Assembly: GCA_964418925.1 (NCBI GenBank)
Contig: CAYQNY010000001.1
Span: 1 to 51,612 of the forward strand
Reading direction: 5' to 3'
Origin: an uncultured Verrucomicrobiota bacterium
Lineage (GTDB): Bacteria > Verrucomicrobiota > Kiritimatiellia > JAAZAB01
Length of the DNA: 51,612 bases
Shown here one piece after another: positions 27,996 through 36,324 of the stretch. Made by a program: the position numbers and the translations under genes. The notes under the pieces were generated by a model. That model saw only the letters and a list, made by a program, of their open reading frames with translations, was not told the DNA's origin and ran no database searches. Position 1 is the first letter of the stretch, and each line of letters begins with the position of its first letter.

Positions 27996-28820
27996 ATGGA
28001 CTGGACAATGCATCGGTTAAAGGAAATCTTTACGGGGCGGGAAGCCGTGAATGGGGAGAATCAGTCGTCGCCTCTGGCAGATACGGTCTTGCCGGATCAA
28101 CAGCGGGACGAGCTGGAACGCAACATTCTGCTCCTGGAAGACGAGTATGGGCTCAAGGAAAAGAAGCTCTACCGGCAGGCGGAAAAAGAGGTTCAGGACT
28201 CGGCGGAAGACTCGCTGAAACGCCTGCATATTATTCAGATGGGTCTCTGCCCGCGTTGCGGTGAATACCTGAGCAGGCATCTATTCACCAAGATTTGCGT
28301 GACCTGTGGCTGGAATCACTACGAAGTGCCCCGCCAAGGGCCCGTGCGCATTCACCTCCGGGACAAACCGACGCCGATCGAAGGGGAGCGCTGTTACGCC
28401 ATTGCCGCCGGTGACGTGTTTGTCGTGAAGAACGATGTGGTTATTGCCAGAATCTCCCAGGCATCCGTGAGCTGGATCGAATACAGCTGGACGAAGGAGG
28501 AGATTGACCAGCGTTATAAACAGGTGGTGGACCGCCTGAAAATCATGTGCAGCTGGTGCAACGGCCCGGCCGATCCCGAAAAAGAAGGTTTCAGTCTGGT
28601 GCAAATTGCCTTTGGATCCGGCCAGGACCGCTACGTATTTTGTTCCGAACAGTGTTATGAGGCGTTCCGGAAAATGTACCCGTCAAGAGTGCATCGGAAT
28701 TGTTACGAGCACAACTGCGCCGACTGCAATCTCTGCACCAAGCGCTATGACGATGAAACCGACGGCATTCGCCTGATCGCCAAGGATTTCCTGAAAAATA
28801 AGAACCTGAAGAAGCCGTAA
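27996..28820 (+). CDS. cytoplasmic Cys-rich protein with zinc-ribbon and TRASH-like motifs (uncharacterised)
   Basis: 274 aa with a strong AGGAGG ribosome-binding site and no signal peptide or transmembrane helix. An N-terminal coiled-coil is followed by CPRC-x12-CVTC. Further on come CSWC-x27-FCSEQCYEAF (a CxxC...CxxxC, TRASH-like spacing) and a terminal C-x5-C-x2-C-x2-C cluster. Confidence 0.65.
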   Translation: MDWTMHRLKEIFTGREAVNGENQSSPLADTVLPDQQRDELERNILLLEDEYGLKEKKLYRQAEKEVQDSAEDSLKRLHIIQMGLCPRCGEYLSRHLFTKICVTCGWNHYEVPRQGPVRIHLRDKPTPIEGERCYAIAAGDVFVVKNDVVIARISQASVSWIEYSWTKEEIDQRYKQVVDRLKIMCSWCNGPADPEKEGFSLVQIAFGSGQDRYVFCSEQCYEAFRKMYPSRVHRNCYEHNCADCNLCTKRYDDETDGIRLIAKDFLKNKNLKKP

Positions 28821-28847
28821 TGGAGCCGAAGTTGGCGGCCGGACGGC

Positions 28848-29981
28848 ATGTTCGTTCCGATGCCATCGTTCCGAAGCGTCAGAGCGAGGGGTCAGAGCGA
28901 ACAGCATGCCATACGGACCTGCCGGCTTACGGATCATGCCATGGGAGATGTGCGAACGACGCGTGATGGAGTCCTGCCGTTGACTTCGAAGGAACGTCGG
29001 CTGCAACGCCGGCGCCTGCTGCTGCTGATCGTGATTGGCGCGGTGCTGGTGATCAGCGCCGGTTTTGTCATTCCCGTTAATCAGTATATCATGGCCAGTG
29101 GCTATGTAACCACCGAGCGTTATGCGGAAGTCCGTTCTCCGGCCATTGGCACTGTCGCCAAAATCCTCGCGCAGTCGGGAATGCGCATGCAGGAAGGCGA
29201 CGTGCTTGTTCAGCTTGATAGCACGGAAGCGCAGGCCATCCTTGAGGAAACCATCAGCCAGGTGCAGAAAGCCGAGGCGGAAATCTCCCGGCGCGCCGCT
29301 GAAATCACCGAACGCAAGCGACGGCTGGCCGAAGACATCATCGTGGCCAAACTTCGCCTGCAGAATGCCGTCAGCCGCCTGGTCCGCACGCGGGAACTGA
29401 TGGCCAAGGGTCTGGTGGCGGGCAGTATCCTGGAGGATGACCAGCTGAAGGAAAAACTGGCTCGTGCCGAGGTGCAGTCGCTTACGAATACCGATATCAG
29501 TGTGTTCGACAAGGAGCTGATGGTGCTCCGCCATGAACTGCAGGCCCGCCGCGAGATGGTTGACCACGCTGAAACTGCCATCCGGGCCAGGGAAATCCGC
29601 GCGCCTATTTCCGGACAGGTCCTGCGTTACGAGTTTGTGGTCGGAGAGCTGGTGCGGCCGGATACGGTGCTGATGGAAATATTCGGCGGCGATCGGCAGA
29701 TTCTGAAATTGCGCGTGTCAGAGCGCCATGCCGCCCGCGTGGCAGTCGGCGCCCGTTACCGGGCCCGGCTGGCGACCTATCGAGGCTTGAGAAGCATCTG
29801 GTTTACCGGTAAAATCCAGTACCTGCGCAATGTCATTCAGTCGGAGGGACAGACCACCTACCGGGTGGCGTACTGCAGTTTTGATCCGAAGGGACGCACC
29901 GTTTCTCCGGGCACTACCGCGGAAGCCAAGGTCTATTGTGGTAAAACCTGTTTCTGGTTCTTTCTCTTTGGGGTGAATTAG
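28848..29981 (+). CDS. HlyD-family membrane fusion (periplasmic adaptor) protein
   Basis: A single transmembrane helix (LLLLIVIGAVLVISAGF) is followed by a lipoyl-like motif (SPAIGTVAKILAQSGMRMQEGDVLVQLD), a long coiled coil, and a beta-barrel ending IRAPISGQV. The start is uncertain (28848, 28860 or 28941). Confidence 0.8.
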   Translation: MFVPMPSFRSVRARGQSEQHAIRTCRLTDHAMGDVRTTRDGVLPLTSKERRLQRRRLLLLIVIGAVLVISAGFVIPVNQYIMASGYVTTERYAEVRSPAIGTVAKILAQSGMRMQEGDVLVQLDSTEAQAILEETISQVQKAEAEISRRAAEITERKRRLAEDIIVAKLRLQNAVSRLVRTRELMAKGLVAGSILEDDQLKEKLARAEVQSLTNTDISVFDKELMVLRHELQARREMVDHAETAIRAREIRAPISGQVLRYEFVVGELVRPDTVLMEIFGGDRQILKLRVSERHAARVAVGARYRARLATYRGLRSIWFTGKIQYLRNVIQSEGQTTYRVAYCSFDPKGRTVSPGTTAEAKVYCGKTCFWFFLFGVN

Positions 29982-30006
29982 CGCAGGTTATTCCCTTGGA
30001 CTGACC

Positions 30007-31779
30007 ATGATCGGCACGCGCACATCACAGCTAAAAAAAGTCATTCAATTCCTCGCCTCCTCCCGCTGGCGGTTGTTGGGTCTCCTGCTTTTGACCGCGG
30101 TATTGTCGGTGCTGACGATGGTTCCGCCGCTCCTGATGCGGGCGTTCATTGACCGTGTGATTACCCGGGGAGAGCATTCGCTCTTTTTACCGCTGGGCAT
30201 CTGCATGGTAATGATTCCTCTCCTGGTAGCCGTGTCCAGCTACCTGCAGACCCAGGGCATTGCCTATGTCGGCCAGCGCTTTGTGTTTGATCTCCGCTGC
30301 GCCCTGTATCGGCATATGCTGAACATGTCCCTCCGGTTTTTCGGCAAGCGCAGTACGGGCATGCTGGTTCATCGTTTGATGGGCGATACCGGCATGGTTG
30401 CTCAAGCGCTGTCTGCCCAGACGATCGGCATTGTGTCGGATCTGGTGTGCGCCATGTTTGCCATCACCGCCACGGTGATATTAAACTGGCGCCTGTCCCT
30501 GCTCGTCATACTGATCGTGGCGGCCTTCCTGCTCAACTATCATTTTAATATCGATAAACTCCGTAAAGCGTCCCAAAGCTATTGGCGGTCGTTTGACCGG
30601 CTGTCGGGTGGTGTCCAGAACCGGCTGACGGCCAGCATGGTGATCAAGTCCTTCGGTAAGGAAGACCAGGAGCAAAAGGTATTTCGGGAACAGTCCGAGA
30701 CCAGCGTACTCCTGTTTCAGGATGCCAATCTGATCGGAACCGCGTTTTCACAGAACACGGTCATTATTCAGAACCTTGGGCGGGCCCTCCTGTATTTCCT
30801 GGGATGTGGAATGGTCATTCGCGGTGATATGTCCTATGGAGATGTTGTGGCCTTCACGACCTTTGCCATGCAGTTGCTGGGGCCGGCCGTCCGTTTTTCG
30901 GAGCTGGCGCCGCAGATTCAAAACGTGCGCGTTGCCATTGAGCGTATCCTGGAAATTTACAGCGAACAGCCGGAAATTCTTGAAAAGCGTGGGGCGGTGG
31001 AAATCGGCCGCTCGCGGGGACGGATTGACTTTAACCACGTGACGTTCGGCTACGAACCGGGGCGCTTGGCCGTACGGGATTTTGATCTGCACGTTCAGCC
31101 CGGTGAAACCGTGGCGCTGGTCGGGCCGACGGGGTGCGGAAAAAGCACGCTCCTGTTATTGCTCCTGCGCTTTTTTGACGTCAGTGCCGGCAGTCTGAAA
31201 CTGGACGACCGGGATATTCGTACCCTCCGGCTGAAGTCGCTGCGGGCCCAGTTTGGCATCGTTCTTCAGGAACCGCTGTTGTTTCACGTCAGCATGGCCG
31301 AAAATATCCAGTATTCGCGGGTGAACGCGAGCCAGGCCGAAATCGAAGCGGCCGCAAAAATCGCGGAAATCCATAATTTTATCCAGACTCTGCCAGATCG
31401 TTATCAGACCGTGCTGGGAAGCGAGGGCCTGCAGTTGTCCGTGGGCCAGAAACAGCGGCTGACCATTGCCCGTGCCATCCTGGCCGATCCGGCGGTGCTC
31501 ATCATGGATGAGGCCACCAGTTCGTTGGACAGCGAGTCCGAGCATGCCATTCAACTGGCCATGCGCCGGGTTCTGCGGAATCGGACGGCGTTTATTGTGG
31601 CGCATCGTTTGAGCACGATCCGTGATGCCCATCGCATTGTAGTCATGCGGGATGGCGGCATTATGGAGATCGGCAGTCACGACGAACTGATGACCGTTCC
31701 CGGCGGGCAGTATCGCCAACTGTATGAACAGCATGTTCATAAGGGGATTATCGAAGATGATAAGGATCTAAAAGATTAA
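30007..31779 (+). CDS. ABC exporter half-transporter (TMD-NBD), consensus NBD
   Basis: 590 aa with a six-helix transmembrane domain. Walker A GPTGCGKST, signature LSVGQKQR, Walker B LIMDEATSSLD, H-loop VAHRLST. Confidence 0.9.
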   Translation: MIGTRTSQLKKVIQFLASSRWRLLGLLLLTAVLSVLTMVPPLLMRAFIDRVITRGEHSLFLPLGICMVMIPLLVAVSSYLQTQGIAYVGQRFVFDLRCALYRHMLNMSLRFFGKRSTGMLVHRLMGDTGMVAQALSAQTIGIVSDLVCAMFAITATVILNWRLSLLVILIVAAFLLNYHFNIDKLRKASQSYWRSFDRLSGGVQNRLTASMVIKSFGKEDQEQKVFREQSETSVLLFQDANLIGTAFSQNTVIIQNLGRALLYFLGCGMVIRGDMSYGDVVAFTTFAMQLLGPAVRFSELAPQIQNVRVAIERILEIYSEQPEILEKRGAVEIGRSRGRIDFNHVTFGYEPGRLAVRDFDLHVQPGETVALVGPTGCGKSTLLLLLLRFFDVSAGSLKLDDRDIRTLRLKSLRAQFGIVLQEPLLFHVSMAENIQYSRVNASQAEIEAAAKIAEIHNFIQTLPDRYQTVLGSEGLQLSVGQKQRLTIARAILADPAVLIMDEATSSLDSESEHAIQLAMRRVLRNRTAFIVAHRLSTIRDAHRIVVMRDGGIMEIGSHDELMTVPGGQYRQLYEQHVHKGIIEDDKDLKD

Positions 31780-31793
31780 GTGGTCAACTTGCC

Positions 31794-33755
31794 ATGCATA
31801 TGCATCATCGTAATTATGCCTTTCGTCCGCCCTACATGGAACGGGATCGTACGGCGGGGAAGCTGAACCTGTTTGCCCGCTTTCTGCGGACCTATGTGGG
31901 CCCCTATAAATGGTCCGTGGCGTTGTGCGCTTTGCTGATGTCCCTGGACTGGTGCGGCTCGTTTTTTTTGATTGCCTATTACAGCCGGGTGGTGGTGGAT
32001 TCAATCCTGGTTGTTCAGCCGGCGCTGGAGTCACCCGCGTCAATGCCGCGGGGACGATATACAACGATGCCCCGGATCAGCAGAGGGGACTTAAAGTCAT
32101 CCGCGTCATCGCGGCCCCGGGAAAGTATGGGCCGGAGAATTGATCGGGGGATTCAGGTGTCGCCCCGGCCGCCGGATGCCAACCGGCGGTTATGGCTTAT
32201 ATTTCTCCTATATGTAGCCACGCTGGTGACAGGCAATATTTTAACCCGCGTGGCGTGGCGGCGGCGCATCATGATTGGCCAGCGCATTACCGCCAGGCTC
32301 CGCGATGATGTGCATGCAAAGGTGCTGAAATTGTCACTGGCCTACCATACCGCTCATACGCCGGGGCGTCTTCAGTCCCGTATTCTTTGGGATGTCAACG
32401 TTGTTCAGGAACAGCTGATGAATATTATTATCGGATCCATCAGTCAGGTTTTTATGATCCTGATCGGATTTATCCTGTTGTTTATCATCGAGTGGCGCAT
32501 GGCGCTGATCGTGCTGGTATGCCTCCCGTTCTATGTGTTGATATATCGGGTGGCCCGACCGTATCTTCGCCGGGTGCACCGGGAGATGAGCCATACCAAT
32601 GCCTGCCTTTACGGGCTGGTGTCGCAGAAACTGGATGCAATCAAAATGATCCAGGCCTATGGCCGGGAAGGGCAGGAATACCTGACGTTTCACCGGCTGG
32701 CGGCCTGCTTTTTCAGGGATGCCCGGTTTCAAATCCGGCTGGGGGCGGCCAGCGGGCAACTGGCGAAATTGTTGAGTGCCCTGGGCACCAGCGGCGCGAT
32801 TTTCCTTTACGGAGTGTATCAGGTACTCCAGGGGGGCATGTCGCTGGGTCAGATGCTCTTTGCCTACGGAACGGCGGCCACGCTTTTCGCGCCGGTACTC
32901 AGCCTGAGTTCCCTCAACGTGATGATGTCCAACCTGCTGGTGTCTCTGAATCGCCTGACGAATATCATGGATGAACCCATGCGCATCAAGGAGGCTCCGA
33001 ATGCTGTGGAGTTTCCATCACCTTTGCGATCGGGCCTCACCGTGAATCATCTTCAGTTCCAATTCGATGCCGAAAGTGAGCCGGTTTTACAGGAGGTGTC
33101 CATCAATATTCCCGCCGGCTCCAGTTTCTGTATCATGGGCGCCAGCGGCAGCGGCAAGAGTACGTTGTTAAGCCTGCTGGCCCGTTTGTATGACGCCGAC
33201 AGCGGGGAAATCCTGATTGATGGCGTGCCCCTGAAAACAATTAGGATTGCCTCCCTCCGCCGACACATTGCTCTGGTGCCTCAGGAGGCGCAAATTCTCA
33301 GCGGAACGGTGCGTGACAATATCTGCTATGGGTATTCAAATGCCCATGCGGAGGATATTATGGCGGCGGCCCGCGCGGCGGAATTTCATGATTTTGTCAT
33401 GACCCTGCCGGTGCAGTATGAAACCCTGCTGGGGGAAAAGGGCACCAGCCTCTCCGGCGGCCAGAGACAGCGTCTGGCGCTGGCCCGCGCGCTGTTGACC
33501 CGGCCGGAAGTGCTTCTTCTCGACGACTGCACCTCGGCGTTGGATGCGGAAACCGAACGGCGCATTCAGCAGACATTGACGTCGGCGCTGGCCGGCAAAA
33601 CCGCTGTCATTGTGTCACAGCGCATATCAATGGCTCAGCGCTGTCACCGGATTTGTGTGCTGGATAACGGCATTATCTCGGAGGAAGGAACCCACGAAGA
33701 ACTCCTGACCCAGGGCGGGTTTTATGCCCGTCTCCATGCCCAACAGACCGAATAG
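31794..33755 (+). CDS. ABC exporter half-transporter (TMD-NBD), degenerate catalytic residues
   Basis: 653 aa. Walker A GASGSGKST, signature LSGGQRQR, Walker B LLLDDCTSALD (the catalytic Glu position is Asp), H-loop position VSQRIS (Gln instead of His). There is an extra hydrophilic segment of about 58 aa between TM1 and TM2. Confidence 0.9.
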   Translation: MHMHHRNYAFRPPYMERDRTAGKLNLFARFLRTYVGPYKWSVALCALLMSLDWCGSFFLIAYYSRVVVDSILVVQPALESPASMPRGRYTTMPRISRGDLKSSASSRPRESMGRRIDRGIQVSPRPPDANRRLWLIFLLYVATLVTGNILTRVAWRRRIMIGQRITARLRDDVHAKVLKLSLAYHTAHTPGRLQSRILWDVNVVQEQLMNIIIGSISQVFMILIGFILLFIIEWRMALIVLVCLPFYVLIYRVARPYLRRVHREMSHTNACLYGLVSQKLDAIKMIQAYGREGQEYLTFHRLAACFFRDARFQIRLGAASGQLAKLLSALGTSGAIFLYGVYQVLQGGMSLGQMLFAYGTAATLFAPVLSLSSLNVMMSNLLVSLNRLTNIMDEPMRIKEAPNAVEFPSPLRSGLTVNHLQFQFDAESEPVLQEVSINIPAGSSFCIMGASGSGKSTLLSLLARLYDADSGEILIDGVPLKTIRIASLRRHIALVPQEAQILSGTVRDNICYGYSNAHAEDIMAAARAAEFHDFVMTLPVQYETLLGEKGTSLSGGQRQRLALARALLTRPEVLLLDDCTSALDAETERRIQQTLTSALAGKTAVIVSQRISMAQRCHRICVLDNGIISEEGTHEELLTQGGFYARLHAQQTE

Positions 33756-33913
33756 TTCATGCAGAATGGTGGATGAAGAATGGTTGATGGACCACCGGCG
33801 TGCCTGTTTGCCATATGTTCTTGTTTCCTCATCTTCCATGAACCATCATCCATGCCCCATTCGCAGGGCATCTTGACTTTCATGATGATTTTGCACACAA
33901 TAGTAATGATTAT

Positions 33914-34330
33914 ATGGGGATTTTCATGAAGCTCAATAAACGACAAATTCGGGCGGATGTTCTGAAAGAACTCAGTTTTCTTGAATCCTTGTCCTTACGC
34001 TGTCCGCAGGATGTGGAGATTCTTCAAGCACTGGGCAATTTGTACACCAAAACGGGCCGCTACAAAGATGGATTGAAAGTTGATCTGGCATTAAGCCGGC
34101 TGTGTTCCCGCGAACCAATCGTGTGGTATAATCTAGCCTGCAGTTACGCGTTGATGGCCCGCACGGATGAAGCCCTGTCTGCTTTATCGCGCGCGGTTGA
34201 TATGGGATACAAGGATTATCGCTGGATTCGGGAAGACGCGGATTTGAAGTCCATTCGGAAAGACCAGCGCTTCGAAAAACTTCTGCAGCGCCTGATGACC
34301 GGTAAGGATGCCCCGCACCATTCCGCGTGA
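33914..34330 (+). CDS. small TPR-repeat protein
   Basis: 138 aa with TPR-like helices (LQALGNLYTKTGRYKDGLKV; WYNLACSYALMARTDEALSALSRAV) and a C-terminal ...LKSIRKDQRFEKLL pattern. Confidence 0.6.
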   Translation: MGIFMKLNKRQIRADVLKELSFLESLSLRCPQDVEILQALGNLYTKTGRYKDGLKVDLALSRLCSREPIVWYNLACSYALMARTDEALSALSRAVDMGYKDYRWIREDADLKSIRKDQRFEKLLQRLMTGKDAPHHSA

Positions 34331-34338
34331 AATAGTTT

Positions 34339-34545
34339 TCATTTCACCGGTTTGGGAATTGGAATCTGGGTCCGGCATGATGGACAGAGAATCTTTTTCC
34401 CCTGCCACTCTATTTTCGAAGCCAGTTTCTGCTGACAAGCCGGGCAATAAAACTTGAATATTTCCGCCGCTTTCGTGATGGGCGCGAGCGGCCGGGCGGT
34501 CTTCGGCTGAAGGGAGATTGATTTCGAATCAGTTGGGGCAGGCAT
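34339..34545 (-). CDS. 68-aa zinc-ribbon protein
   Basis: CPACQQKL-x11-CPSCRTQIPIP (CPxC-x14-CPxC). It starts 3 nt after the stop of the FGE-like gene. Its ribbon is paralogous to the one in the 36325-36960 product. Confidence 0.5.
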   Translation of the reverse strand: MPAPTDSKSISLQPKTARPLAPITKAAEIFKFYCPACQQKLASKIEWQGKKILCPSCRTQIPIPKPVK

Positions 34546-34548
34546 CAG

Positions 34549-36225
34549 TTAAAGCCCCTTTTCATTCTTGGACCCTATCACCACCCGGAAACCGATATAG
34601 CTGTTTTTCCGGCTTTCCGGTTCACCGGTGCGGTTGGCCACTTTCAACGAATCCGCCGGTGAGACATTCCACGCACCGCCGCGGATAACCCGGTATTGCC
34701 GGGACGGATCATAAAGGTCGGCACACCATTCCCAGACATTTCCGCCCATACCGTAAAGCTCCCATTCATTCTGTCCGCTCTTTTCAACAGGACACGTAAC
34801 AGATGCGCCATCGTCATAGCCCTCGATGGGGCCGTAGTTTCCGTATTGCGGCGGCCATTGATTGCCCCAGGGATATGCGCGGGTCTGTCCGCAGGTGGCG
34901 GCAGTTTCCCATTCCGCCTCGGTCGGCAGGCGGAATCCGCGACCGGCTTCCAGATGCTCCGCCAGGCGTGTGTTTAGCCATTGGCAGAAGGCCATGGCGT
35001 CATCCCAGCTGACATTGACCACAGGCTGATCGGGGTCATCAAGCGACTGGTCCTTGAAGACGCCGCTGGTGTGACCCGGCTGGAATTCTCTGAACTGCTT
35101 GTTGGTCACTTCGTATTTACTCATCCAGATATTCAACGGCTTGACACGGATGCATTCCAGGGTCACGGCATCGGATAGATCGAATGTCCTGGTCTGGTCC
35201 AGGGCAGCAAATCCTTGGTCGGAAAAAGCATCCTTGCCGTAATCCTTCTCATATTGGATAAGCCGGGTGGATGCCGGATCGAATTTTTTGTCCTCGATCA
35301 GCTTCTGAATGAGGGTCTGATCGCCGGTTTTCTTTTCCTGCTTGGCGGCCTCGGTTTGTTCCTTGTTGTCCGTGGTCTGACGCGCCGGTTCGGCTTCCGG
35401 CGTAACTTTGGCGGCCGGCCCCTTTGGCGGAGCCTGTTTCCCGGCGTTGATATCAGTGACATCCGCCACCACGCGAAAGCCCAGGCTGGTAAACCGGTAA
35501 TCCGGAGTGTTGCTGCGGCGGCAAGTCAGTTTCAGGAAATACGGGTGGCAATCCGCCCACGAGGCGCCCTTGAATACCCGGGCCTTCGATTCGCCGTCGG
35601 TATCTTCGCACCATTCCCAGACGTTGCCGCCCACACCGAAAAGACGCCAGATGTTTTTCCCGCTTTGCGGCCCCGGACATGACACGCGAAAGCCGTCATT
35701 ATTATCAAGTTTCCGGGTGGGTTCCGGGTTTTCGCGGCCGAAATAATTCCAGGTGTTGGGCGGCGGCCAGTTGGTGCCCCAGGGATAATCCACCGGTTGC
35801 CCGCAGGCGGCATAGGTTTCCCATTCCGATTCCTTGGGCAGGCGAAAATGATAACGCTTGGCGCCGGCGACGCCATATTTTTTATTGAGCCACTGGCAGA
35901 ATGCCTGGGCATCCTTCCAGCTTACGTTCACGGCCGGCTGATCGTCCCGGTTCAAGCCCATCTGGTTATGCTGTCTGCTATAGTGTCCCGGCTTGAAGCG
36001 ACGGAATATTTTGTTGCTGACCTCGTATTTGCCGACGAACAAATCCATCGGCTCAATCCAAATAAAACGCATTTTGATTTTGTCACCCAGGTCAAGAATC
36101 AAGTCCCCCGTCTGATCCTTGCTGGTCTCCGTTGATTTCAGCCAATGACAGCCGGTGAGTGTAACAGCGGCTAGTGCCAGGACCAGGCCCATCGCACAGG
36201 CGGAATAACATTGTCCGTTTTTCAT
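34549..36225 (-). CDS. lipoprotein with two FGE-sulfatase (SUMF1/EgtB/PvdO-type) domains
   Basis: Start at ATG 36225 gives MKNGQCYSACAMGLVLALAAVTLTGC, which has a lipobox. Two copies follow the pattern ...PVVNVSW.DA.AFCQWLN...RLP.E.EWE.AA.CG...GGNVWEWC. They are separated by a K/E/P/A/T-rich linker of about 60 aa. Confidence 0.85.
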   Translation of the reverse strand: MKNGQCYSACAMGLVLALAAVTLTGCHWLKSTETSKDQTGDLILDLGDKIKMRFIWIEPMDLFVGKYEVSNKIFRRFKPGHYSRQHNQMGLNRDDQPAVNVSWKDAQAFCQWLNKKYGVAGAKRYHFRLPKESEWETYAACGQPVDYPWGTNWPPPNTWNYFGRENPEPTRKLDNNDGFRVSCPGPQSGKNIWRLFGVGGNVWEWCEDTDGESKARVFKGASWADCHPYFLKLTCRRSNTPDYRFTSLGFRVVADVTDINAGKQAPPKGPAAKVTPEAEPARQTTDNKEQTEAAKQEKKTGDQTLIQKLIEDKKFDPASTRLIQYEKDYGKDAFSDQGFAALDQTRTFDLSDAVTLECIRVKPLNIWMSKYEVTNKQFREFQPGHTSGVFKDQSLDDPDQPVVNVSWDDAMAFCQWLNTRLAEHLEAGRGFRLPTEAEWETAATCGQTRAYPWGNQWPPQYGNYGPIEGYDDGASVTCPVEKSGQNEWELYGMGGNVWEWCADLYDPSRQYRVIRGGAWNVSPADSLKVANRTGEPESRKNSYIGFRVVIGSKNEKGL

Positions 36226-36324
36226 ATAAGGGATTCTTAATAATGTTGGCCGATCATTCTTTATCCGCCAACGGATGCGGGGCAAAAGAACCCGGCATGA
36301 CCGGCACACAGGAACGGGAAGCGT

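Noticed and set aside
32082-32090. An RGD tripeptide in the ABC loop insertion.
   Set aside because: A three-residue match in an Arg-rich low-complexity segment is expected by chance and has no known bacterial significance here.
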